Source: Callorhinchus milii (Eukaryota). Taken from it: DNA of 64,000 nucleotides. Below, piece by piece: positions 11,105 through 24,159 of the stretch. A program made the position numbers and the translations under genes. The notes under the pieces are model-generated. The model searched no databases and was not told where the DNA came from. It worked only from the letters and a program-made list of their open reading frames with translations. The stretch spans positions 26,040,001 through 26,104,000 of the forward strand of contig NW_024704742.1 in NCBI RefSeq assembly GCF_018977255.1, in the 5' to 3' direction. How positions within the stretch are numbered: the stretch's first letter is position 1; each line of letters begins with the position of its first letter.

Positions 11105-11770
11105 CTTACAGACCGGGAGTTCACTGGTTCAAATCCGGGTCTTGCTCATTTTGCTGGTCTCAGCCAAGGCTGCATAGGGAGACTTAATTGGCCCTGTGGT
11201 TAGAGAGGTTAAAATCAGATGGTTTACTGGTTCTAGTCCCTCTTCAGCAACTTCTACTGGTTGTTTGCGTGTGGCTGCCGAATTGGGAGAGGGGAGGCAT
11301 TGGCTTTGACACCCTCTACAGTTGAGTGTTCTGCTGACACTCACACACTCACTGCCACAGCTATAACGTAAACAATGGCCTCTTAATAATAATAATCCTT
11401 GCATTTGATATAGAGCTTTTCATGTCTTCTCAACATCTCAAAGCGCTTCACAGAATATGGTGTAAAGTGAATTGACTGTATATTTGTGGGCGAAACAAGG
11501 CAGCTAATTGTGCACAGCAGTGTCCCACAAACAGTTGTGGATTGAGTGACCAAATTATTTATTCTTTTTTCTTGAGGGATTATTATCAGGCGTGTGGAGT
11601 AAGGAAATTTGCCCAAGATTTTGCCCTGCTGGAAATCGAACCCAGGTGTCTTGCATGCGAGGCAAGTGCTCTAACCCTGAGCTACAGGACTCTTGGGCGA
11701 GGTAGCAGAGGGCTACCAGCATCGGTGGATCTGTACAGCAAGATGAGGCCGGAGACCAGGAGCAGAGGTA
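11105..11770 (+). mobile_element. Older SINE family (tRNA-like head), split by the young SINE at 11383-11692
   Basis: Head CAGACCGGGAGTTCACTGGTTCAAATCCGGGTC. The body resumes at 11692 (CTTGGGCGAGGTAGCAGAGGGC). Related copies at about 42050-42360 (-) and 43990-44130 (+). Confidence 0.55.
11383..11692 (-). mobile_element. Young tRNA-head SINE, short variant, full length
   Basis: Reverse complement of the GAGTCCTGTAGCTCAG...GGTTCGATTTCC head, body and ATT tail. Confidence 0.88.
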
Positions 11771-12774
11771 CTGCTCTCTCTGTATGCGTCAGTGGGGAGA
11801 GAATTAGAAGCATAGAAATTTACAGCATAAAAGGAGGCAGTTCAAACCATCATGTCTGCATTGGCTTCAAAGCAAGATATTGATTCAATTCCACTGCCCT
11901 AATTAACCCCAAACCTTTCCAGCCTCTAAACATATACTTCAATTAATTGGGAACACTGCATTCTTTTTTTAAAAAACTCCCATCGTGGCATCTAATGGTA
12001 TTTTGGATATGATTCAGTGAGGTGTTTCTTTGTGAAACACAGAGGAAAGGGCAACAGGGAGTTAGTGAAATGCAGTCATTTCCTCGAGGGCTTCAGACGC
12101 TGTCATGAACTTCATGAGAAAAGTTCAATTTAGAACCATCATCCATATCCACAGGATGTGATGGTACTATGCAGTTGAGCGGAAGCAGAGAAGAGGAAAC
12201 AGAGGGAATGTTGGCATAGATAAATACCAGAGAATTGTTGGATTAGCTTTTTAAATTGAAGTAGTTGCGTGGAGGTTCCCTTCAGAATACTGAGGAGGAA
12301 TAGGTCGAGTCCTCGACAGTGTGCGATAGGAATGGTGTTGAATGACCTTTACGCATCCCATGCTTTCTCAGCTGTGTGCAATTTGGCTGCCTTGTTTGCC
12401 CACAAAACACTCAGTCACTGCACTTTGAGACACCCTCCTGACATGAAAAGCGCTATAATAAATTGCAAAGGATTATTATTAATAATACAACAATGGAGAC
12501 TCTCCAGTGATTCAAATGATTCAGGATAATGAGAACCAGCCTACCTGCCCATCATTATATAGCAGGACAAAAGCTTTGAAAGGAAATATTCTGAACAAAG
12601 TGGCTCATTAAAAACACTATTTGCCATGGAGATGTTCAGGAAGTAGCAGAGAGGTAATGAGCATGAGAGTTAATTACCTTTCCTGGCCGTTCCATGTGGA
12701 TTAACGCCTTTTATATCAGAAGATAAATGTTGCTCTGACTTCACTCCAATTTGAGCTTTGATGGAGAAACTTAC

Positions 12775-12862
12775 CTGCTCCTGAAGAGCTAGAAGTCTCT
12801 CCACTGCCAGCTGTTCCTTTAGATCTTCAAGTAATTGGCTGTTTCTTTCTTCCTCTCTTAGT
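12775..12862 (-). CDS. EVC2: EVC2 exon (human exon 19 equivalent, 88 nt)
   Basis: ggttcccag|A...CAG|gtaagt. LREEERNSQLLEDLKEQLAVERLLALQEQ versus human LREEQQNSVVLEDLLENMEADTFATLCSQ. Confidence 0.93.
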
Positions 12863-13293
12863 CTGGGAACCAGAGGCAAAGCAATGCTAACATTAACACA
12901 ATGTCTCATGCTGAATGATCATGTAGACACAACCAACATATGCTTTTATCAAAGGTACAAGAAGTCATGTAAGTCCGGTTAATCCAAACTATTTAGGCCA
13001 TTGACCTGTGATATATAGAACTAACTGAAAAAGATATATTGTTGAGTGATTAAGTGTAGTTCTCATATTGATGTGAGCCAGGGTCAAATGCAACCATATA
13101 AATGAAATTACTGAATAATTGCTCAATTCTGAACTTGCTAATGCACGCTTTAAAAAAAAGGCAAGGTATGAACAAACTTCCAGTTTTATCAAGGCATTTA
13201 AGCCAGAAATATTGGATAGTTTCATGGCAGATGGAATGTCTTCTAGTGATTTTTCCCACCTTCTCAATACTACAATCCTTCCCCTGGGTTTAC

Positions 13294-13502
13294 CTTTGGC
13301 TCTCTTCTTCCATCACTTCTTGACACTTAAGCATGGCCTGGTGCAGACAAAGTGATATTTGACCACTACTTTGAGCTGCCGCTCCGCCACAGAGAGACCT
13401 GCTCTGTGTCACTGCCCAGCTGAACTTTCCTGCCTGTTGACTCTGGACAGCAAGCTTGTGTTGTAGTACTTCTGAATGTAAGCTGAACAGCTGCTCCAGT
13501 TC
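13294..13502 (-). CDS. EVC2: EVC2 exon (human exon 18 equivalent, 209 nt)
   Basis: tctctttgcag|GAA...AG|gtaaac. ELEQLFSLHSE...QISLCLHQAMLKCQEVMEEESQ versus human ...QVSTVLHQALSKSQTLLEQHQQ. Confidence 0.9.
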
Positions 13503-14617
13503 CTGCAAAGAGAAATAATTTTGATTACTTTTTCCCCCTCACTTCTATGATTGTAGATAATACTAATCCTTGCATTTGATATAGTGCCTTATCAGGTCTT
13601 CGAGACGTCTCAAAGCGCTTCACAGAATAAACTGTGAAGTGAATTTGACTGTATATTTTGTGGATGAAACGTCTGGCAATAAATCTCCTACATCCTTGCT
13701 GTAAATGTCTGCCCAGAGCTCCTGTGGTCAAAACACGCCAAGGCTAGTGCTGTTCTCACTATGTGCTGATGAACAACTCCATTATCAATAGAGCAGCTGT
13801 CTACCAGCTGTATTTCTTACTCTAGCAAACTCCCAATTGGTATCCAGAGCCAGAAATGACAGCAATTTGCAGGATTCCCAATGGAGCTTCTTGCAGAAGC
13901 TCCGGTGCTGATTTCAGCAGAGATGCCCAGAGGAGACTAATACTGTATGATTCCCTACCTGGTAATTTCTGCTTCATTCTTCTTATCAAAAGATTTTTAC
14001 ACATGCTGATGAATTGAAACCCATTGAGAAACACTTGAGAATCAACAAAATGGGCCGAATTGCCCTTTACAATAGTCTCTGATGCTATGCTGTCAGGAGA
14101 TGACCTTGAAGAGATGCTTAGGCATCTGCGAGGCCTTTGGGAATGAGAAGGAGCTTGATGCATGGAGGTGTTGCCGATATCCCAATTAGGGATATAGACG
14201 ATATAAACATAAACAAATATTCTCAATTTGAAGAGTACTCTGCAAAGGTGGGCAATCTGGAAATTAAGGATCGTCATGACGTTGACCAAATAAACTCAGG
14301 TCATGAGGCTGGAGTTACTGGGGAAAAACCTAATAGTGCTGCAAACAAACTTTGTTCTGCTGCAAAGCACAATCCATTAGCACTGTCTCATTTTATCGTA
14401 TATTAATAAAAGTGGGAGTAATTCAATTATTCAGAAGCATTTTGATAAATTACAGCTTACTAGAAAGCCACTAGGGGCCACCTTTATGAAGCTTTAATGT
14501 GAATAAACTTCACTCCCCAGTCACCATTGTGCATTATTATGCCCACATTCAATTACCCATTAGCAAGGCTACATTTTAACAGAGAACTAAAACGATTTAA
14601 AGAGCATTAAAATTCTT

Positions 14618-14780
14618 TGAAATACAAAACAGAAAATGATGAAAATGCGCAGGAGGCCAATAAATATGCAAGCCCTTTCTAGTTCCACTGAAGACGCTGA
14701 AACGACAATCTATGTTGCTCTCTCAAAAGCTGATCGACCCGCTGTGCGTTTCCATCAGTTTGGCTTTTATTTCAGATTTT
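14618..14780. mobile_element. Penelope-like foldback remnant with a degenerate hammerhead-ribozyme core
   Basis: Imperfect inverted arms (TGAAATACAAAACAGAAAATGATGAAAATGCGCAG / CTGTGCGTTTCCATCAGTTTGGCTTTTATTTCA) flank CTGAAGA-CGCT-GAAAC at 14688-14703. Confidence 0.5.
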
Positions 14781-14991
14781 CCATTTTATTTTTTTAATCT
14801 CAGCAGTAACCTTTTGCTCTGACTGGAATTTGTTTTGGCCCCAAATACATGCCTTTATATTACAGTTAATTTGCAAGAGAGGAGGGCAGAGTTAATGTAA
14901 ACGCTTGAAAATTGAATAGAAGAGAGAGGAAAAGAGAGAGAAAGAGAGAAAGTTTCCCCTTTTTGTAAATTTCTCTCCATGCAACACTCAC

Positions 14992-15219
14992 GTGATGGTG
15001 TGCCTGAATAATTTGGGTACATTCTGACCCAGACAGTGTCCCTGCTGTGCTTAGTTCTTCTAACAGTAGAGCTTGTAGGTTGAGAATAGCAGTGTGACTC
15101 CCCAGGAGTCTCGCATGCCTCGAGGCTTTCTGTAGCTGAATTGAGGACATGCAGATTCCTAGGTTTTCTTCCAGAGCCTTCATCTGATTCGCTTTCTGAG
15201 AAACCAGCTCAGTGCAAAT
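14992..15219 (-). CDS. EVC2: EVC2 exon (human exon 17 equivalent, 228 nt)
   Basis: ttcttccag|ATT...CAC|gtgagt. QLQKASRHARLLGSHTAILNLQALLLEELSTAGTLSGSECTQII versus human QFQKASRVTETLSAYTALLSIQDLLLEELSASEMLTKSACTQIL. Confidence 0.95.
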
Positions 15220-16209
15220 CTGGAAGAACAAGTGGATGTAATTTTGATAAGATAAGCAAAATCCTAGCGGAAAGAAAAATATGTTAATCGATACAAAATT
15301 ACTCAATCCCTCTTTCTAAGTGTTTTTTTTCCTTCAAAAAGAAATGGGAGTATCTTAGCACCCAAACAAAATGGTGCAGGTCATTGGAAGGTGAAAACGT
15401 TCAAATTACAGGCCGTTTAACGATACAATACTTGATATAAATATATGTAGGTTTAAGATCGCTCAATGCATCTCTGAAGTAATGACTCCAGGTTCATGAA
15501 GTCTTGGTAGCGCAGAGTTTGAATCAGGCAGTTGCTTTCTTTTTTTCAGCAAGCTCTGCAAGACCCTCCCCGCCCCCAGAGAAATCATTGATTTCTGAAC
15601 AGAGTGAGCAGCGGGGAATTCTGCTGAACTGATGGGTCATTCACGTCAGGAAGTTAGATGCATTTAACAAACAGTTACATTGGGAAGCTGATAGGATTAC
15701 TATTTTGGAGGTCAAAGTTGAATCTTCATCTCAACCTGTCTTGTAAAGCACACCCACCCCCCCACACAAAAAAAGTATTCAAGGGCTGACATGTTTCTTT
15801 TTCCTCCAAAGGCTATGAAACCCATCTTCTTCTCTCAGTCATGTGCAACGATCATTGAGGGAGTAGGCTGGTGATCTGCTCCCAGTCCCAGAACCTGAGA
15901 ATATTTATTTATGTTTATATCGTCTATATCCCTAATTGCGATATCGGCAACACCCACAGCAACTTGAAAGGGTTAGATGCAAGTTCAGTGCCACAGTAAC
16001 TCTTGTGTCAAAAACCAGGGCTGTGCTTACATTATTGATTTTTTGGAGCTCATCAAAAGATAAAGTCACAAATATCATCAATGGCTTTTTTTTGAGCTGT
16101 GGCAAACGCTTCAAACATTAGTCCCAGGTCAAGTAGCAACAAGATCCAAATTAATACAGACCTAAATTAGTATAGTACTGGTGTTTTAGTGAAGATGATA
16201 GGATTGTGT

Positions 16210-16536
16210 GGAGTCCTGTAGCTCAGTGGTTAGAGCACTCGCTTTGCAAGCGAGAGACCTGAGTTCAATCCCAGGCAGAGGGCGAAACCTTGGGCAAGTT
16301 TCCTTACTCCACACAGAGCCTAATAATAATCCCTCCAAAACCTAAAACAATAATAAATTGGTCATTTTCAATCTATGACTGTTTGTGGGACATTGCTGTC
16401 CGCAATTGGCTGCCGCGTTCGCCCACAAATATACAGTCAATTCACTTTACAGTGTGTTCTGTGAAGCGCTTTGGGACGTCCTCCCGACGTGAAAAGCGCT
16501 ATATCAAATGCAAGGCTTATTATTATTATTATTATT
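16210..16536 (+). mobile_element. Young tRNA(Ala-like)-head SINE, short variant, full length
   Basis: GGAGTCCTGTAGCTCAGTGGTTAGAGCACTCGCTTTGCAAGCGAGAGACCTGAGTTCAATCCC head with A and B boxes and a TGC anticodon loop; L2-type tail; (TTA)n. Confidence 0.9.
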
Positions 16537-17059
16537 GCTATCTGTAGCGATAAGAGCTCCTCAGATTATTTAAAACAAACCATTTAACACTTCTCATCAT
16601 GTCCTCCTCTTCTAACAGAACATTTAGTCTAGAATCTCCAGAGTTCTCATTTAATGTCTGCGAAACTCAGGTGAAAGTAATGCATCTTTGAGTATCTTTG
16701 AGCCTGTGGAATTTTCCCTAAAAGAAAACAAGCAATGAATTATTGAGGCAATTTCAATGTCCAATTATTGAATTTCATGACTTCTGCATTAATTTTAACA
16801 CCTGTTTCTAGTACACAATAAACTTGAAAGAAGCTAAGACTATTTTAGTTCCAATTTGTCAAATTTCGTATGTTCTAATTTACCAGGATAATAGCACTAA
16901 TTAAACACTGTATAATGATATGCCCTGTGTCCAAAAGCACAGAGGCTATGAGGAGTCAGAATTTTTTAAGAAGTTATGTGACAAAGTTCCACATGTGAGT
17001 CTTTTCCAGAAATCTTGAATTAAGTATGGGGATCATTAACATTGGAAAAAATATCAAGT

Positions 17060-17132
17060 TCTGACATGGGGCTTGAACCTAAAACCTTCTGACTCAGAGG
17101 TGAGAGTTAAAACCAATGAGCCAGACTGACAC
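17060..17132 (-). mobile_element. Old DeuSINE-type tRNA head fragment
   Basis: Reverse strand reads TGGCTCATTGG...CACCTCTGAGTCAGAAGG...GGTTCAAGCCCCA. Confidence 0.5.
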
Positions 17133-18334
17133 TTGATAGAAACATAAAATAGCAATACTGTACTAATTGAGGCCTGAGAAAAGTCAGCAACAACCATGAA
17201 AAACTTGCCGTACTGTAAAGTGTTTTAAAAGAAAAAATGCGTTTTCTTTTGAAAACCATCAAGGAGACATTCCAAAGGGAATGGGATGTTAAAAACTGCA
17301 CTGTAAAGAAAAATAAATCAATCTGTGCGAATTTACTCAAAGTTTCGTTTTTGGAGAATCAGTCAGATAGAAACTCCTTTACTGCACAAGTTATTTAGAT
17401 GGGAATTCTTTTAAGGAAATGAGGCCGGAGAGACTCACACTTTCAAGGCGTTTTTATTGCTGTTAAGGGACTTCTGATTAGTGAAGCTTTCAACATGTTA
17501 GTAGCTGGTTAAAGACTCTAAATTCCCAGGTGTCTTTTAAAGTATGTTTCAAATCAAGTATGCTTTGTTTGTGCATCAATTCTCAAAATAAAATGTTTAT
17601 TTTGCTAGGAATTATTCCCACTGTTGTGCTGAAGTGAAACCATGGATTTTAATGGAAATAATGGATTATTTCACTCAGGTGGTCTGTGCCTCAGATCACA
17701 TATGTGTCTGTCGGCACCACAGAAGGACTGTTTCAAGGAGTTAGAGCCACATTATACCTGAGCACAACTCAAAATGTTTTCGAAATTATCTCATGTGAAA
17801 TTGGATTTGCAAACACTTGATCTTTAAAATAGTCACCTCTACCTTTGTGGTCACACCTGGCACCACTACACAAAGTACATTTTGAGCTCTTCAGGAGAGA
17901 AAGAACCTGTAGATTCAGATGCTGTTTGCTTTTCAATGGCTTTTCCCATTTGCATTAACCCCTTGTTATACTAGGATTCTCACACTATTTTCACATTGCA
18001 TTTACATTCAAAAGGGAAGAAATGCAGCATGAAAAGCCTACTGCGCAGTTAAAGATTGGTAAGTAGCCTGACTGCATTGCTTCCAAGACCAAATCAAGAT
18101 GCTGACCTGGTGGTTGAGCAACTTTGTGTGGGCTGTAACTGTGGGCAGCACTCTGCCCTGTAATCAAATGTAAGTCATGCTGCAATACCTCTCTCCCTCT
18201 ACCATTTTCTCACTCATTTTCTCTCTCAATCTTCCACTTTTTGGATCTATGTCTCTGAGTCTTTCTAACTTTCTTTTTCTCTCTGTGACTTTTCTTACTC
18301 TATTTCTAACCTCTTGTACCATCCACCTGTCTCT

Positions 18335-18752
18335 GTGGCTAGCTTCCTTACCTCTGGGCTAAAAGATTGTGGGTTCAAACCCCACATGGGAACTTTGCGC
18401 ATACAGTCAGCACGTGTAGAGCTGGGGAAGCACTACATTGTTGGAGGTGCTATCATTTGCATCAGACATCAAACCAATATGCTATCTGCTCGTTCAGGTA
18501 GACTTTAAAGATCCCATGGCACCTTTGAAAAAGAAAATTATTCTGATGTCCTGCGCAGCAATTCCCCAAATTGAAATGATAATTCACTTCATGATTGTTT
18601 GTGGGGCATTGCTGTGTACAAATTGGCTGCTATGTTTGAATGCAAATATATAGTTACTACAATTTACAGTAAATCATACAAAACCCTTTAAGACCTTTCG
18701 ATGACGTGATAAGGAGTTATATCAAATGGAACGATTAGTATGATTATTATTA
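18335..18752 (+). mobile_element. Old Deu-domain SINE (SacSINE1/AmnSINE-like) with L2-type tail
   Basis: Head GTGGGTTCAAACCCCAC, Deu-like GGAGGTGC...TTCAGGTAGAC...AAAGATCCCATGGCAC, then the shared tail. Confidence 0.65.
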
Positions 18753-20689
18753 AATCCCACTCAATTGTTCTCTCAATTCCATCCTCAGTGAGGAACAAGC
18801 ATGAGGATATTTTGATTAAGGTAGGGAAAAATCTGTATAACTAGTTATTTCACCAATAATGCAAATGAGAGAGTACTTTGAAAGTACTATTCTTTTGAGT
18901 TTTTTTCCCCTTAATACAATTTTTTGAAAGTGTTTTCACAGCACATTACTGTTACAAGGCAACAAAATTATATGAGGACATAGCAGATCAATAGAAGTGC
19001 AAGGAAATGAAGCCGACATTGTGGAATGTTATATACAATTTAGACATTGTACTGACAAGTAGATAGAGATGGAAAGGAAGAGAGGGCATGAAGGATAATC
19101 CCGGGGTATCGATCAGCATGTCAAGTAGAGAGGCCAGGCAGCTAAATCCATTCTCATTGGAAAAACATGATTAAGAAGGAGAAAAAACAGGCTGCATATC
19201 TACAGCAGATAATCAGTATTTAAAAGAGTAAAATAGACGAACATTTCGGGCAGATTGATTGATTGTGGATTCCCACCTTGGGTTTCATTTCTGATTTCCA
19301 GCAATTGCAGTTTTTAAAAAATAAATTCCAATGATTAAAGCAGAAAATGAAATTATATTGGTGGTTAAGTGAACACTGTATATTTCATCTTAGTGTCTTT
19401 CTTTGAACAGAAGTTTTCCATCCTTTTCTCGGATACAAACTGACTTTGGTCATAATCTCATGGTGTTAACTTTTAGACCCTCATTTTATAAGGTTGTACA
19501 CAATTTTGGAAAATTCTTCAATTCAATATTAATTTCAAAGTCATTCTTCTGCACTTCTCTAAGATTTCAAAAAGAAAGTTCTGACAATGACGTGGTTATA
19601 TGACTAACTTCAATCATTGTCACATGAAAACCATTCCCTTTTTGACAGGAGTGTGCCTTCTGTTTTAATTGCCATCAATTGATCAAAGCTGGTACCAGGA
19701 AGACAGGTTTAAAAGAACTCCGGCTTCAAACCCAAAAAAGACCAAAATGTAGCTGTCTGAAGCCTTCCAGAGAAAATGCCTGCAATATTGAGGGCCATTT
19801 CAGGGATTGTTGGTAAGCATTTTCTCCAAAGCTCTCCAGATTTGAAAGTGTGAAGAGGGAAAGCTTTGCAACTTGCTTTACCATATCAGTCACCTACTAT
19901 TAAAGGATGTTGACTGCAAATGGGTCACTCTTATATCATATTTACTTTAAATATGCATTTAAAGTGGTGTCATACTCCGGGTTGTCAAACGCTCTGAGAC
20001 ACTACCCTGCGTTAGAGGTGCTATATAAATGCAAGTTGTCGTTAAATAAATTCCTCACTATTTAAATAAAACCACAGAGGATTAAAAAGTTTTTTTTTGA
20101 GCATTAACAAAAAAAGGAAATAAAGACAAGGAAGGGGACTTTAACAAAATAGCCATGCATCACTGATTGAACCTGGATGCAGATGCAATCACTGTGTACG
20201 TTTTGAGAATGTTTATTGCCATGTGGAGTCACCAAATAATGATTCCAGATGGTAACCAGATGTGTGTCAAGCCAACCCACACAGGTTCTCTTTTCCTACA
20301 TAATCTAGTGAATTCTGGTGCGGAACTTCTGCAGGTCAGCTGGCTCGATTTATTTCCAGGAGTCACTGTTTAACAAATGCTGATGTTATAGCAATTTCAA
20401 TACCAGCAAGATTTTCAGCATGAACTGAAAATGTACCTAACTGCTTGCCCTGGGGAGACAGATTGCTCCCTACACCTACCATCAGGGCTCCTGGTTAACA
20501 AATGACTACAAGATTATTAGTTGTCTCATGGAACAAACTAGCACAAAATAAAATGAATTCTGTCTCTGTTCAAGAATGCAGAAGGAATTCCGTATTCAGC
20601 AGGAAGTACGGGAACATGATTTGGGATAGGAAAAAGGAATCTTGGTCAGGATGAATCCTCAAACAAACCCTCATGATCAAGTATCCTTG

Positions 20690-21180
20690 TTTGGTTTGAA
20701 CAAAATTGGTCAGGTAGTGTCTGAAACATATGGAAACCCATCGCCATGCCTTAGAGATTCAAACCAGACACATATGCATGGAAATTTCCTTTTGTCTGGA
20801 ATGAACTGCATCATCTTTTCCCTGAGGGGTACACCCTGCTCAAATAATCCTAAACACAGCTTGGCAAGAGCCAAGGTTTGGGGATCCCAGAGTGTGCGTC
20901 GGGATACTGCTGGAGTTTAATCTGCTAAATCCTTACAGCTTATCATTGTGAACATTATCTAGCAAGCTTCCTGATCCTTAACCAAATAGGGTTACCTTAG
21001 GTGTTGGGGCTTTGGCTTGCGAGGTTAACTGGAGCTGAGTGGGATGAATCCCTGTGCCCAGTGACCTATTTGCCTCTCCAAGTTCTATTGATCAGTCAGG
21101 TGGCTGATCTGTTATCAACAGTGCCCTGGGGTACTAGTTCAGGTACCAGTGGGACTGTCACAGATGATCAACTCAGTTCC
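20690..21180 (-). repeat. Unclassified repeat family X
   Basis: Reverse-complement similarity to 2065-2560 (GGGCTTTGGCTTGCGAGGTTAACTGGAGCTGAGTGG). Confidence 0.6.
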
Positions 21181-23484
21181 AATATTCCTTTGTTAGAAAT
21201 CTTAAGAGTAGTTCAGTCCCAAAGTGAGCTCCAAGGATGGGTCAAATTAAAAGATGACAGTGGGCAGGTTAAACAGGTCTTTCTACTTTGACAGTGTTAT
21301 CCAATGCAACGCAGGCTTCTCTCACTTTCCTATGTGTGCAACGTGTTAAGTGGATGGACATTGTGTGCCATATCACAGCCACAAAGCTGAAATCACAAAC
21401 AGAGCAGAGCAACAGGGGAGGAGAGAAGGGGAAAGAGGAATCTTCATTCCTCTTCATCCCAGCACCAAACATTAGTTATCATTGGTCAATGCATTCAAGT
21501 TAATTAACAAAGGAATGGGCTCTTACTGTGCCAGAACATAACTAGTTCACTGGTTCCATTTAACAAATAATGCTGCAAAATATTGTTGCTAGTAATATAA
21601 ATGAGATAAAATATAATCCACTTTGCTGTTGGTCACAACTATTGAAGCCATCAATTATAATTCTAGGAGCATCTTAGCTTCTGCTCCGTTAATCCTCCCT
21701 TTCTCCCTAGTAGCAACAGACCGGCTCAGTGGCATTCTCTTCATCTTGGAAAGCGATTCCATGCTCTCTTGCACTTTAATGAAGACATGGTATTGTTTGA
21801 AGCTTGCACGAATGTTTTCATTTAATATGCACGAAGCAAAATAAACTTTACATTTGACACCTGCAAGCCTTCATTTTTATGAATTGAGTAACTGATACCA
21901 TAGTTCGTAAGAATTCATACCTAAGCTTTCATTTAAAAAACACAGGCTGTTGATTTCTGTGATGTGCTGAATTTTGAAATCACTTCCCCCACAGCCAATC
22001 TTCAAACATTTACAGGATTTGACCCAGCTTCCCTTGAGTGGGGTGGAAGAGTTTGACAGATGAACTGCATGGGGAAATGACTTTTACACTTTTTCACTGG
22101 TGTCATCATCAAAACAGTCAACAAGAGAATGAAACTGCTCACAGCAAATCTCCCTGGCACTGGAGGCAGCTTTTTACATAGCTTTAGGTAGCTGCTGTGA
22201 AAGTTTAAAAATGGATCAATGAAACAGAAGAAGCAAAATCAAGACTAGCAAAAAATAAGGATGCTGAGAAATTTATAGACACTGCACACTTGTAAGACTA
22301 TACACAATCCCCAATAGTTCCTAACTCAGTAAACTGTTTTGCTAGCAAGTGCCAAGTTCAGACACTTTCTTGCCATTTATTACATTCCTGCTCTGCAATC
22401 TTGGTAGTGACACAGTAAATCCAGTCATGTTACATAAATATGATATTTTCTCAACACTCTGCAGCAATATTATAGTACTATTTTCCCCAATGGTTTGCTA
22501 TACTGTAATACACCACTTTTTAAAGACGAAGAGAAACTCACTGCCCGAGGCAAGAAAAACTTAGTCAATGTAGACGTATCTTTTAAAATATAATCTTTAC
22601 ATTCAATATAGCACCTTATCACATAGTCAAAAGTTCTCAGCTCTTCACTGGATATTTTTTTTACTGTGAAGTGTAGTGGCTGTGTATTTGTTGGTGCGAC
22701 AGACAATTTGCTCACTGCAAGGTCCTCCAGTCATAAAGTGAGTGACCAATGCAGGTCATGCAAATTACATACATATACTAAAACATAGACATGCACTTAA
22801 TTCCTTTAGTTAATGACTTGTCCCTTTATTCACCAAGCTACTTTCTTAATCCCTTGCCTCTACAGGAAATTGGGTTATTAACTTGTTAATAAATTACAAG
22901 AGGATCACATAATAGAGTACTTTGTTGTAAAGGACAACATAATAGCAACTGCTTGTATTTGATGCAAGCTCCTACATATGTTATATATTGAAAGGATTTG
23001 TCCTTAGATTTGATGAATAATATTTAATTAAACGGACCGACTTGTTCTACTAAGACTTGTGTTTAAATTCTCCTGAGAAACGTAGTTCTTGAGGAATACA
23101 TATGCCTTGATCTTCGTGTGAGAGACTCCAAAGTCTGCAACTTGTTCTCCTTCCAATTGGTGCAAGAAGACAGTAGAGCTGACATTTGATTTGATTCATT
23201 ATCTAAACATCTAAACAAACAACACAGAAGGAAATGTTGCTGGAAAGAAAGGGCTTATAAAGCAGTTGTAGGTGCAACATGACTATCCACATCATAAACT
23301 ATATAAATATTTATTTTATGTGCAGTTTAACTCATTTCACTTAGATGTGTTCACAATACTAATGGATAATAAATAAAACAAGGCAGTGCGGAACATTCTT
23401 CATCTATCTTTCATGGCTGAGACTATGGAATCACTAAAGAGTTTAAGATTCCTGGACTTGTACTTCCTGAAGATAAGGTTGAAT

Positions 23485-23803
23485 ATAATAATAATAATAA
23501 CAATCCTTGCATTTGATATAGCGCTTTGCATGTCTTCTAGATGTCTCAAAGCGCTTCTCAGAATATATTGTAAAGTGAATTGACTGTATGTTTGTGGGTG
23601 AAACACAGCAGCCAATTGCGCACAGCAGTGTCCCACAAACAGTCGTGGATTGAATATGACCAATTTATTATTGTTTTTTTTGGAGGGATTATTATTAGGC
23701 GTGTGGAGTAAGGAAACTTGCCCAAGGTTTCGCCCTGCCTGGAATTGATCCCAGGTGTCTCGCTTGCAAGGCGAGTGCTCTAACCACTGAGCTACAGGAC
23801 TCC
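23485..23803 (-). mobile_element. Young tRNA-head SINE, short variant, full length
   Basis: Ends ...GAGTGCTCTAACCACTGAGCTACAGGACTCC (reverse complement of the head); ATA repeat tail. Confidence 0.9.
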
Positions 23804-24159
23804 ACTGGTGAATGCACCAGTCCTCACACAGATTTTAAATCTGTGTAAGATTTAACACAGTTGTTAATATGCTACCGATATTTGGGGGTAAACACATTTG
23901 TTTAATATGATCATTAAACCTGTTGTCTTTTTTTGATAATTTATTTCTTCCCTGATTGTTGACCAAGAGGTAGAGCTTGTGATCTGATCCCAAGCATCTA
24001 CTTCTCCGACTAATCTTGTGAGGAAACATCACTTCATCCCTCCCTCTCTAGCACAGTCTAGATCGAGAATTCAGCAAATGGGCAATTAACAGTGAAAAGA
24101 CGCATTCTACCACTTCACGTTGCAATGCTTCACTACATTATTATTCGTTCCATACATGA

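Noticed and set aside
13822-14406. Overlapping 155-aa (-) and 89-aa (+) ORFs in EVC2 intron 17
   Set aside because: No recognisable homology, and exons 17 and 18 already join in frame.
16210-16285. tRNA-Ala(TGC)-like sequence (also at 6183, 11620, 23730, 27083 and 55385)
   Set aside because: These are SINE heads attached to body and tail, with no proper acceptor stem.
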